64,000 nt of DNA from Lachnospiraceae bacterium (GTDB lineage: Bacteria > Bacillota > Clostridia > Lachnospirales > Lachnospiraceae). Each line of letters starts with the position of its first letter. Positions within the stretch are counted from its first letter, which is position 1. Below are positions 19,414-27,345 of this stretch, one piece after another. The notes under the pieces are model-generated. The model was not told the origin of the DNA, ran no database searches, and saw nothing but the letters and a program-made list of their open reading frames with translations. The stretch lies in contig SVDN01000002.1 of NCBI GenBank assembly GCA_015057825.1, positions 16,044 to 80,043 of the forward strand. Direction: 5' to 3'. The position numbers and the translations under genes are program-made.

Positions 19414-19737
19414 ATGAACGTAATATTCAGAGTTAACGAGGAAAAACATCCATTAATAGCGCAAATGCTTTCAAATCCTCAAACAGTTGGTTTTGATAGG
19501 AAAACGGATTTGATTATGGCAGCGCTCTATAAACTAGCTGATAAAGATAGGCTGGTTGAAAAACCCGAAGAAAAAATGCCAAAAGAAAAGGACAAAGCTC
19601 CAAAACCCTCAGTAAATAAAAAGCAAAAAAAGATAATTGAAGAAACAATTGAAGATGAAGAAAACTCAGTTCTTGAAGATCCGCTTGATGAAGAAGTAGA
19701 AAACATAAGTCTCTTTGATGAAATATATGGAAGTTAA
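19414..19737 (+). CDS. Possible ParR-like adaptor (RHH-like N-terminus, acidic tail)
   Basis: Position immediately after parM. N-terminal beta-strand-like VIFRVNEEKHPLIAQML. Acidic C-terminus. Confidence 0.35.
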   Translation: MNVIFRVNEEKHPLIAQMLSNPQTVGFDRKTDLIMAALYKLADKDRLVEKPEEKMPKEKDKAPKPSVNKKQKKIIEETIEDEENSVLEDPLDEEVENISLFDEIYGS

Positions 19738-19750
19738 TAACTGTAACCTT

Positions 19751-19879
19751 ATATCTCGGTGGCGGAATAGGTAGACGCAGGACCCCCTTACCTTTGCCGT
19801 AAGGGTCACGCAAAGAACGGCATGTAAGGTGCAAATCCTTACCCGAGATATTTAAAGGGTTCGATTCCCTTAGGCTTCT
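19751..19879 (+). ncRNA. tRNA-like structured element (98-nt tRNA-like unit plus a separate T-arm/acceptor fragment)
   Basis: ATCTCGG/CCGAGAT closing helix, Leu-type D arm TGGCGGAATAGGTAGACGC and two 6-7-bp hairpins with 7-nt loops. A perfect T arm follows: AAGGG-TTCGATT-CCCTT. Confidence 0.35.
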
Positions 19880-19910
19880 TTAAACACAATGAAAGGATGG
19901 ATTTATCAGC

Positions 19911-20855
19911 ATGGAAAACGTAAAAATTAGAGTTACTGATGAAGAAATAGCCTTTGCAAAATCTATTTCCTTAACCGGTCTTGCGCGTTCTTATGGTCTT
20001 ACGCCTGTAAGAGTAGGGCATTACTACTCGCTTAAAGAATTCGATTCAATAAGAATATATGAAGATAAAACATATTCTCGCTTTTCTGACCATACGGGTG
20101 GCTCACAGATAGATTTTGTTATGAAAATTTTGGAACCGGGACTTTCATTTACAGAAGCAGTAAAAAAGATTTGTGATTTAAATTTTCACGAACCACTTCA
20201 ACAAACAACTCTTGAAAAATCAGAACATATAAAGCAAACAATAAACTTTGTTCCGCCACAGCCGGCCGATGATTATAAACGGCTGTATGGATACTTGATA
20301 AAAAAAAGACACTTATCTAAGCGTGTAGTAGATAAATTTGTTTATTCCGGAAAAATTTATGAGACAGCAGAATACCACAATATAGCGTTTTGTTCTAAAG
20401 CATCGGATGGTAGTGTAAAGCACATAGCCTTAAAGGGTACGTCATCTTATAACGGCAAGAGTTTTAGAGGAGATGCTGAAGGTTCAGATAAAAGCTATGG
20501 TTTTTCTGATGTTAATAAAAGCAGCAAAAAGCTTATTGTTTTTGAGGCGGCGATTGATCTTATGAGCTATATAGATATTTCAAACGATTATACTTCCAAC
20601 AAGCTTGCAATGAATGGCTGTGCAGATAATCCGCTTGAAACGTTTTTAAGGGATTATGACGGCATTGAGGAAATTGTATTTGCTCTTGATATGGATAAGC
20701 CGGGAATTACGGCAGCAAACGAGCTTTCAGAAAAATATTCAGCCCTTGGATATAAAGCTTCTATTTTAGAGGTTCCGGGTGGCGCAAAAGACTGGAATGA
20801 ATATTTGACACTTATTGACAATAACAAGCAACTGAAGAAAGGTAAGTCGCTTTAG
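19911..20855 (+). CDS. DUF3991 + Toprim domain protein (conjugative primase-like)
   Basis: Toprim Glu LIVFEAAIDLMSY and DxD FALDMDKPG. N-terminal pattern typical of DUF3991 proteins of Gram-positive conjugative elements. Confidence 0.7.
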   Translation: MENVKIRVTDEEIAFAKSISLTGLARSYGLTPVRVGHYYSLKEFDSIRIYEDKTYSRFSDHTGGSQIDFVMKILEPGLSFTEAVKKICDLNFHEPLQQTTLEKSEHIKQTINFVPPQPADDYKRLYGYLIKKRHLSKRVVDKFVYSGKIYETAEYHNIAFCSKASDGSVKHIALKGTSSYNGKSFRGDAEGSDKSYGFSDVNKSSKKLIVFEAAIDLMSYIDISNDYTSNKLAMNGCADNPLETFLRDYDGIEEIVFALDMDKPGITAANELSEKYSALGYKASILEVPGGAKDWNEYLTLIDNNKQLKKGKSL

Positions 20856-20870
20856 GGCGAGTGATGGCAA

Positions 20871-21134
20871 TTGAGAGAACACAGCAATGATTTAGTATTA
20901 ATTGCGCGCAATATAAATTCAGCAAGATTACAGCAAGATATTACACCGGTTGTTCTAGAAGAAAAATGTGGTGTAACAATGAGCACCATATATCGAATAG
21001 AAAGAAACGAACAAGAAATAAGCTTAAAAACTTTATTAAGTCTTGCGGTTGCTCTTAATATGACACCTGAAGAAGTGTTTAAGGGGACTTCCTTGGATGT
21101 TAATAATCAAGACATAAGCATTTTTAAGAAGTAG
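20871..21134 (+). CDS. XRE-family HTH protein
   Basis: VLEEKCGVTMSTIYRIERNEQEISLKTLLSLAVAL. TTG start, start uncertain. Confidence 0.55.
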   Translation: MREHSNDLVLIARNINSARLQQDITPVVLEEKCGVTMSTIYRIERNEQEISLKTLLSLAVALNMTPEEVFKGTSLDVNNQDISIFKK

Positions 21135-21145
21135 GAGAGACATCA

Positions 21146-21367
21146 ATGATACAAAGTAAAACAGTGCCAAAGGAAAGAGCAGCACAGGAGAACTACTGCC
21201 ACATAAAATGCAATGAGTTAAATGTAGAAATATGTGACTTAAATAATCCATTAATAACAGATATATTAAATGAATTTGCGGATTTAAATAATCCATTAGG
21301 ATATAGTGATGAAGTATATTACCAGGGCATTAGCGATGCAATGGCTGTGGTTAAAAAATATTTATAA
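21146..21367 (+). CDS. Hypothetical protein (73 aa)
   Basis: ORF with AGGAGAGA RBS region. No motif recognised. Confidence 0.35.
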   Translation: MIQSKTVPKERAAQENYCHIKCNELNVEICDLNNPLITDILNEFADLNNPLGYSDEVYYQGISDAMAVVKKYL

Positions 21368-21394
21368 CTAAATTTAAACCGGGGGAAAATCAAC

Positions 21395-22525
21395 ATGAAT
21401 TTTGAATACTATTACAGCGAAGAATCGTCCCAATTTAAGCATTTATGCATACCTATGGATTTGTTTGATTCGCCTTATTTTGAGCATTTATCAAACGATG
21501 CAAGACTACTGTATAGCATTATGTTAGATAGAGTTAGCTTATCTAGAAAGAATGGGTGGGTCGATGATCAGGGAAGAGTATTTATCTACCTAACACTTGA
21601 AGAGGCATGCAAGAAAATAAAAGTAGGTTCTACTAAATGCGTAAAGATATTTGCCGAGCTTGATTCCGAAAAAGGAGTAGGATTGATAGAAAGAAAAAAA
21701 CAAGGTCAAGGAAGACCAACAAAATTATATGTTAAAAACTTCTGCAAAGTACTTTCTAAACTTGACGATAATTCTTCTGATTGCGAAAGTCTAAAAGGTG
21801 ACAAACCGGATGATGAATCTACTTTTGATACTGTAGAAGGCAGTAATAATCATAGATATTCCAGACTTACAAAAAATGAAAGTCTAAACTTTCAGAAAAA
21901 AAATCCCCCTAAATGCGAAAGTCTAGACTTACAAGAGAATCTCAGACTTTCGGAAAATGAAAGTCTAAACTTTCAATATGCGAAAGCAAACCATACTGAT
22001 ATTAACCATACTGAGTTATATAATTCAATCAATCAATCAAGTAATAATAATATATATATAAGCGAGCAGGAAGATGATCAATTGATTGACGAAAGGCAGG
22101 TTGATGAAACGCAAAGAATAATAAAAGCCAACATTGAGTATGACGATTATATGTCTGTTGCAACAATTAAAAACAAAGAGCTTTTCGATGATTTATATCG
22201 CATTATGGTTGATATTGTTTGTTTTAACCGGAAAAGCTTTACAGCAAGTGGTTGCGAAATACCGGCCAAACTTCTTCGTGCAAAATTTTTAAAGCTTAAA
22301 CGCCAAAATCTCGAATATGTAATTGAGAACTTGAACAGCGTAACTACAAAAATAACAAATATTTACTCATACCTGGTGGCGGCGTTATATTCCAGCGACA
22401 CAGCGATAAATGCTTATTGGCATCAAATGGTCCAGCATGATCTTTATGGCGATAAAACACAGTCTTTAAGCAGCAGCTTAAGCGGCACAGAAGAGCCGTA
22501 TATTGAATATAATAAGCTTGAGTAA
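21395..22525 (+). CDS. repA: Replication initiator, RepA_N family
   Basis: N-terminal FKHLCIPMDLFDSPYFEHLSNDARLLYSIMLDRVSLS...GLIERKKQGQGRPTKLYV matches the RepA_N winged-helix region. Repeat-rich central region. Confidence 0.8.
   Translation: MNFEYYYSEESSQFKHLCIPMDLFDSPYFEHLSNDARLLYSIMLDRVSLSRKNGWVDDQGRVFIYLTLEEACKKIKVGSTKCVKIFAELDSEKGVGLIERKKQGQGRPTKLYVKNFCKVLSKLDDNSSDCESLKGDKPDDESTFDTVEGSNNHRYSRLTKNESLNFQKKNPPKCESLDLQENLRLSENESLNFQYAKANHTDINHTELYNSINQSSNNNIYISEQEDDQLIDERQVDETQRIIKANIEYDDYMSVATIKNKELFDDLYRIMVDIVCFNRKSFTASGCEIPAKLLRAKFLKLKRQNLEYVIENLNSVTTKITNIYSYLVAALYSSDTAINAYWHQMVQHDLYGDKTQSLSSSLSGTEEPYIEYNKLE
21783..21990. repeat. Direct/inverted GAAAGTCTA(A/G)AC repeats inside repA (candidate oriV iterons)
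   Basis: 22-bp perfect repeat aaaatgaaagtctaaactttca at 21873-21894 and 21954-21975. Further gcgaaagtcta copies at about 21783 and 21915. Confidence 0.5.
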
Positions 22526-22536
22526 GGGGTGTAACA

Positions 22537-22878
22537 ATGCGAAAAAAAATATACCCTGAAGTATTTAAGCTGCGCCTTAAGGAATCAGACCGTCAAAAGT
22601 TAAAAAAAGCCGCTGCTGAAATAGGGATTACTGAAAGTCAGTACATAAGGCTTTTGATAAATCAGCCGCATATTAAACGCCTGGATCAGCAAAGTTATGT
22701 TGCTATTAAACGTTTGGTAAATGAAATTAACAAGATAGGTGTTAATATCAACCAGATCGCCAAAAACAACAACTCTCAGCTTTATTCGGAAATCGATAAG
22801 CGCGAGTTGTTCAAATATTTGAAAAGGCAAGATGAGTATGTGTATGAGTTTTTAAGCAAACTAAGAATGGAAAAATAG
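22537..22878 (+). CDS. mobC: MobC-family relaxosome accessory protein
   Basis: RHH-like N-terminus and GVNINQIAKNNN (MobC NxNQiA motif). Confidence 0.75.
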   Translation: MRKKIYPEVFKLRLKESDRQKLKKAAAEIGITESQYIRLLINQPHIKRLDQQSYVAIKRLVNEINKIGVNINQIAKNNNSQLYSEIDKRELFKYLKRQDEYVYEFLSKLRMEK

Positions 22879-22894
22879 AAAGCGAGGAGTAATT

Positions 22895-23461
22895 ATGAAG
22901 AAAATATTAGATGCCTGCTGTGGGAGCAGGATGTTCTGGTTTGATAAGAACAATCCCGATGTTATCTTTGCTGACAACAGAGAATTAGAAACTACTCTAT
23001 GTGATGGCAGAAAACTCGTTATTAAGCCAGATGAAAAGATTGATTTTAGGAATATGCCTTACCCGGATAATAGTTTCAAACTCGTGGTTTTTGATCCACC
23101 ACATCTTATCCGTGCAGGAGAAACTAGTTGGCTGCGTGCAAAATATGGAGTGCTTCCTAAAGATTGGTCAACATATATAAATCAAGGAATGCATGAATGT
23201 ATGAGGGTTCTCGAACGCGATGGGATTCTCATTTTTAAGTGGAACGAAGACCAGATTAAAACAAGTGAGATTTTGGCCAACATTGATTTTAAGCCGCTTT
23301 TCGGAGACAAGCGCTCCAAAACTCATTGGATGTGCTTCATGAAAAGTGCATCGGAATGTAATTTGACCACACCCAAAAAAGTAAATGTATTATGTGAGGA
23401 AGTCAAGGAAAGGAGTAATAAGGGGCATGAAACAAAGGCTCGGTATAAAAATAAAATTTAA
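22895..23461 (+). CDS. Orphan DNA methyltransferase-like protein (SAM-dependent, DPPH motif)
   Basis: Motif I-like ILDACCGSRMF and motif IV-like VVFDPPH. No adjacent restriction endonuclease. Confidence 0.6.
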   Translation: MKKILDACCGSRMFWFDKNNPDVIFADNRELETTLCDGRKLVIKPDEKIDFRNMPYPDNSFKLVVFDPPHLIRAGETSWLRAKYGVLPKDWSTYINQGMHECMRVLERDGILIFKWNEDQIKTSEILANIDFKPLFGDKRSKTHWMCFMKSASECNLTTPKKVNVLCEEVKERSNKGHETKARYKNKI

Positions 23462-23681
23462 CCCTAAAAATATATACGGCGAAGAGCCTTGTTGTTGTCA
23501 GAAGGGATATCTAACAAAGTTTACCTGGAGCACAGTTTATTGTTTTATATGCAATCTATTTTGTTTAAGAAAAAGATTAAAAGTAAACTCCTTTTGTAAA
23601 GAGCACGGATGGGCAAAAACTTGTACGACTTGTAATCAGTATGGAACATATAATAATCCGAGAAACGGGAAAATTAGGTAG
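23427..23681 (+). CDS. Possible Cys-rich small protein (84 aa)
   Basis: ORF overlapping the methyltransferase 3' end. 10 Cys including CCC and CxxC-like pairs. Weak RBS. Confidence 0.25.
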   Translation: MKQRLGIKIKFNPKNIYGEEPCCCQKGYLTKFTWSTVYCFICNLFCLRKRLKVNSFCKEHGWAKTCTTCNQYGTYNNPRNGKIR

Positions 23682-23744
23682 TTTTAATATTTGTAAATAT
23701 CTAATATAATATTTAATAACAAGTAATTAACGGAAGGGAAAAAA

Positions 23745-24524
23745 ATGTTAAGTTCAAAAGAAATAAGTTTAAGCATTAAGCAACAGCTTTTAGAAGATTT
23801 CAGAATTAACAACAGAAAAGGACTTTATGCAATAACTCAAAAAATAATGGCATATAATTCAAACAAAATTGAAGGAAGTACACTAACATCCGAGCAGACA
23901 GCGTCCTTATTCGATACAGGAACACTTGTATCTAATGGTGTTGAGGTATATAAAGCAAAAGACATTGAAGAAATGAATGGACACTTTAAGATGTTTAACG
24001 AAATGCTAAAAAAAATTGATGATCCTTTAACAGAAGAATTAATTATGTCGTTTCATTATCAGCTTAAAAATGGTGTTTTTGAAGATATGGCCAACGGATA
24101 CCCGATTGGAGCATATAAAAACAAGGCAAATATCGTATCTGATATTATAACGGTACCACCTGAAGATGTGCCTATGCAAATGAAGAAATTAATTGATAAT
24201 TATAATAATTCAGAGAAGAAACTAATAGACATTATAGAATTTCATGCAAAATATGAGAGTATTCATCCGTTTCAAGATGGCAATGGCAGGACCGGAAGAA
24301 TGATTATGTTTAAACAATGTATCAACAGTGGAGAAATACCAATTATTATTCAAGATGAAACGAAGAGTGTTTATTATAATGCTCTTCATCGGGCACAGGT
24401 TGATAAAGACTATAGTCTGTTATTAGATTATTGTAAAGAGTGTCAAGATTTGTATTTGGAAAGAATAAAAGTATTTGTTGATAATAGTATAATCAATAAT
24501 AAACCAAAACTAAAAAAAAAATAA
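23745..24524 (+). CDS. fic: Fic-domain protein (AMPylase-type), class with N-terminal inhibitory motif
   Basis: Canonical HPFQDGNGRTGR. N-terminal SNKIEG fits the (S/T)xxxE(G/N) inhibitory helix. Confidence 0.9.
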   Translation: MLSSKEISLSIKQQLLEDFRINNRKGLYAITQKIMAYNSNKIEGSTLTSEQTASLFDTGTLVSNGVEVYKAKDIEEMNGHFKMFNEMLKKIDDPLTEELIMSFHYQLKNGVFEDMANGYPIGAYKNKANIVSDIITVPPEDVPMQMKKLIDNYNNSEKKLIDIIEFHAKYESIHPFQDGNGRTGRMIMFKQCINSGEIPIIIQDETKSVYYNALHRAQVDKDYSLLLDYCKECQDLYLERIKVFVDNSIINNKPKLKKK

Positions 24525-24561
24525 GCCCAAGAGAATGTAGTTTAGAATAAAGGTAAATATT

Positions 24562-25698
24562 ATGAGCAGTATATATTTATTGATGAATAAAGACAATCCG
24601 ATAATTGAGTTTTCGCTGGAAAGCGGAATGTTGGATTATGTTTGCAAAGAAACAAACCGTTATAAAGATAATCTTCCGTGCTGGTTAAATGATATTGATG
24701 CATGGGTAGAATCAAGAAATTATGCAAAGCACAAAGAGCATTTCAAAAAATGGCTTAAAGAGTGGGGAATAGATAATAAGAAGGGCTTTATTGAAATAAC
24801 ACATGCATTGGGCTTAAATGATACATTATGGATAAAAGGAAAATCATCAAAGCTTACATGGGAAGAAGTAAATTTATATAATAATGAGTTTACTGACGTA
24901 GCTGAAAAAACGGCTTTTGAAACAGGACTTGCAGGCCTTAAACTTTCTTCATCTTCTCCGGAGATAACAGCGGAAGGAAGCTTTGAGAAGTGTTGGAAAA
25001 AACAACAAGATAACATTTATATATACAAAAAAGGATCTAGCGGATTTGCCAACGCCGGCTTAGAACCTTATTCTGAATTTTATGCATCTCAAATTGCAAA
25101 GACTTTTGATAAGAAAGCAGTTCAATATGATTTAGAAATGTATAAGGGCAGCCTGTGTACAAGGTGTGGAATGTTCACGTCTGAAGATGTAGGGTTTGTT
25201 CCTTTTTATAAGTATCATATTGGTGAAAATACTACAATGCAAAAAGTGTTTGAAGCATGTAAAGAGTTAGGATATGAAGCAGAATTTAGAAAAATGATAG
25301 TATTTGATTCTATTATTTTTAATCCGGATCGCCACACCGGAAACTTCGGATATCTAATTGATAATGAGACGTTCGAAATAAAAGCGTTCTCGCCACTATT
25401 TGATTATAACTACAGCCTTTTATGCAGAGCTATGTCAGATGATTTTGAAAATATCGAAGCTTATTTAGACACACAGGGGCATAAACTTGGCGGTTCTTAT
25501 GAATATGTGGCAAAAGCCTTTATGAGTGCTGAGTGTGAAGATATAATTGAAAGCCTGGGAACAATAAGATTTCAAAGACACAATAAATACAATCTTGAGG
25601 AAAAAAGGTTGGAGACGCTTGAAAGAATTTTAAACAAGCAAGCCAAAAGCCTTATAAAAAGAAATAATTATAGTAATAAAAAAGGAAAAAGATTATAA
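24562..25698 (+). CDS. HipA-like Ser/Thr kinase family protein
   Basis: Catalytic-loop-like IIFNPDRHTGNFGYL and downstream PLFDYNYSL (HipA_C pattern). Confidence 0.7.
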   Translation: MSSIYLLMNKDNPIIEFSLESGMLDYVCKETNRYKDNLPCWLNDIDAWVESRNYAKHKEHFKKWLKEWGIDNKKGFIEITHALGLNDTLWIKGKSSKLTWEEVNLYNNEFTDVAEKTAFETGLAGLKLSSSSPEITAEGSFEKCWKKQQDNIYIYKKGSSGFANAGLEPYSEFYASQIAKTFDKKAVQYDLEMYKGSLCTRCGMFTSEDVGFVPFYKYHIGENTTMQKVFEACKELGYEAEFRKMIVFDSIIFNPDRHTGNFGYLIDNETFEIKAFSPLFDYNYSLLCRAMSDDFENIEAYLDTQGHKLGGSYEYVAKAFMSAECEDIIESLGTIRFQRHNKYNLEEKRLETLERILNKQAKSLIKRNNYSNKKGKRL

Positions 25699-25747
25699 AA
25701 ATATTGTCGCGCGCGCAATTTACCTTTATGTTGTAATACTTTAAAAT
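25697..25747 (+). promoter_or_regulatory. Conserved ICE promoter module copy 1
   Basis: aaaaatATTGTCGCGCGCGCAATTTACC. TTGTCG at 25704. -35-like TTTACC. -10 TAAAAT at 25742, 32 bp after TTGTCG. Confidence 0.55.
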
Positions 25748-25752
25748 ATTAT

Positions 25753-25882
25753 TATCAATATAAACAGCACGAAAACAAAACTCACAATTTTAGTTGCTTA
25801 AACAATATGTAACTTGTAGGAGTTTATATTGATACTTTTTTCTCTAAGAGGAAGGCGGGTTTTTCCACCGCCTTCTTTTTTT
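25753..25882 (+). ncRNA. ORF-less transcription unit: long hairpin + intrinsic terminator (candidate sRNA or oriT)
   Basis: 13-bp inverted repeat TATCAATATAAAC (25753-65) / GTTTATATTGATA (25822-34) then T6. Second hairpin GAAGGCGG...CCGCCTTC + T7 (25851-25882). No RBS-preceded ORF. Confidence 0.4.
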
Positions 25883-25890
25883 GATTGCAG

Positions 25891-25945
25891 AAATAAAAAT
25901 ACTGTCGCGCACGCAATCCTTAAGAATGCTGATAATTGGTATAAT
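25891..25945 (+). promoter_or_regulatory. Conserved ICE promoter module copy 2 (relaxase promoter)
   Basis: aaataaaaataCTGTCGCGCACGCAATCC. Extended -10 TGgTATAAT (25937-25945), hexamer 32 bp after CTGTCG. Confidence 0.6.
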
Positions 25946-25971
25946 TATAGTTGGGAAAGGCTGGTGTTTAT

Positions 25972-27342
25972 ATGGCAATAACAAAGATTTCATACTGTAA
26001 AATGTCAAAGAATGGTTTTCATGATCATCTTAACAAATTAATAGAATATATTAAAAATCCCGGCAAAACAGAAGAATGCAAATATGTGAATAGCTTTAAC
26101 TGTACCACGACAAATACGTTAAGAGAAATGGTTGCAACACAAAAATCATATGATAAGGAATTTGGAAGAGATGGCTATCAAATTATTATTTCGTTTTCTG
26201 AAGAAGAGAATGTCACGCCGGAAACAGCATTTGAAATAATAAACGAATTTGCGGAAAAGTACTTAGCAGAGAACCACGAAATAATAACAGCTTGTCACGT
26301 TGATAAAAAACATGTTCATGGGCATATAGTCTTTAATTCTGTACGCTTCACAGATGGCTTGAAATTCAGATACAACAATGGAGATTGGGAAAAGTATATG
26401 CAACCTTTAGTTGATAAACTTTGTTTGGAGCACGGCTTAGAGCCTCTTAAATATAAAAAGTTTAACAAAGATAAGTTAACCAATTATAAAGAATATATTA
26501 GAGAAATAGTAGATGCAGCTATTGAACAGTCAAATAGCTTTGAGAGCTTTTTAGAGGCATTAACAGCAGCCGGGTTTAGAATCAAATATGGTAAACACCT
26601 TGCGGTTAAATGTGATGGGATGGAGCGTTATAGAAGGCTATATTCATTAGGTGTGGGATATTCGGAAGCAGCTATAAAGGAAAGAATTGCTATGAAGTTT
26701 AGAGGAGTTGATAAAACACGGCTTAAAGCACCGGGAAAGAGCATAGTAAGCATTTCGTTTGGTGAAAGGAATTATAAAAGATATAAGCAGATGACATATT
26801 ATGAAAAAATACATTTTAGAAGGATGTTAAGTCTCCATGTTATTAAAAGAAGGACGCCTTCCTGGATCCAAAGCGAAGAACAAAAAGAACTAAAAAAAGA
26901 AATGATCGAGCTGGACGTAATAAGAAAGTATGGGATATCAAATTTAGCTTCTTTAATTGCGGCCAAAGCAAGATTGGAAGAAGAAATATTTAAACACCCG
27001 GTAACAGATCCGATGTTTGAAGAAAATATTAAACCGTATGTTCCGGCAATTAATGATTATAAAAAAATGATTAAGGCTGAAACTAAGGCGCTTCTTTTCT
27101 TAAACGGAGATAAAAACTATGAAAAAGAATATCTTTTATATTTAGATCTAAAAAACAAATTTGAGTCACACGGAATATCCGATTCTGAAGTAAAGCAACT
27201 TAAATCGATGAACGATGATTATTATAAACTGAAAAGAAAAAATAGCTATCAGAAGAAATTAGAGTTGTCTGCGGTAAACAGGTTAATAAAAAAGGAAATC
27301 ATTAGAAGCAAAATGAAGAAAGATTTAACTTTAAGGTTGTAA
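25972..27342 (+). CDS. Relaxase, MobA/VirD2 (relaxase/mobilisation nuclease domain) family
   Basis: Histidine triad region HVDKKHVHGHIVFNSV. N-terminal KISYCK...YIKNPGKT typical of this family. ATG 25972 after GGAAAGG. Confidence 0.85.
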   Translation: MAITKISYCKMSKNGFHDHLNKLIEYIKNPGKTEECKYVNSFNCTTTNTLREMVATQKSYDKEFGRDGYQIIISFSEEENVTPETAFEIINEFAEKYLAENHEIITACHVDKKHVHGHIVFNSVRFTDGLKFRYNNGDWEKYMQPLVDKLCLEHGLEPLKYKKFNKDKLTNYKEYIREIVDAAIEQSNSFESFLEALTAAGFRIKYGKHLAVKCDGMERYRRLYSLGVGYSEAAIKERIAMKFRGVDKTRLKAPGKSIVSISFGERNYKRYKQMTYYEKIHFRRMLSLHVIKRRTPSWIQSEEQKELKKEMIELDVIRKYGISNLASLIAAKARLEEEIFKHPVTDPMFEENIKPYVPAINDYKKMIKAETKALLFLNGDKNYEKEYLLYLDLKNKFESHGISDSEVKQLKSMNDDYYKLKRKNSYQKKLELSAVNRLIKKEIIRSKMKKDLTLRL

Positions 27343-27345
27343 ATT

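Noticed and set aside
19514-19834. 106-aa minus-strand ORF overlapping the parR-like gene and the tRNA-like element
   Set aside because: It is antisense to a better-supported gene and to a structured RNA-like region. Composition is odd (L/F/Q/P-rich) and there is no RBS.
23385-23426. Tracked start of the Cys-rich ORF at 23385, deep inside the methyltransferase gene
   Set aside because: No RBS there. If the ORF is real, the internal ATG at 23427 (after AGGAG/AAGGGG) is more plausible. The whole ORF is kept at low confidence.
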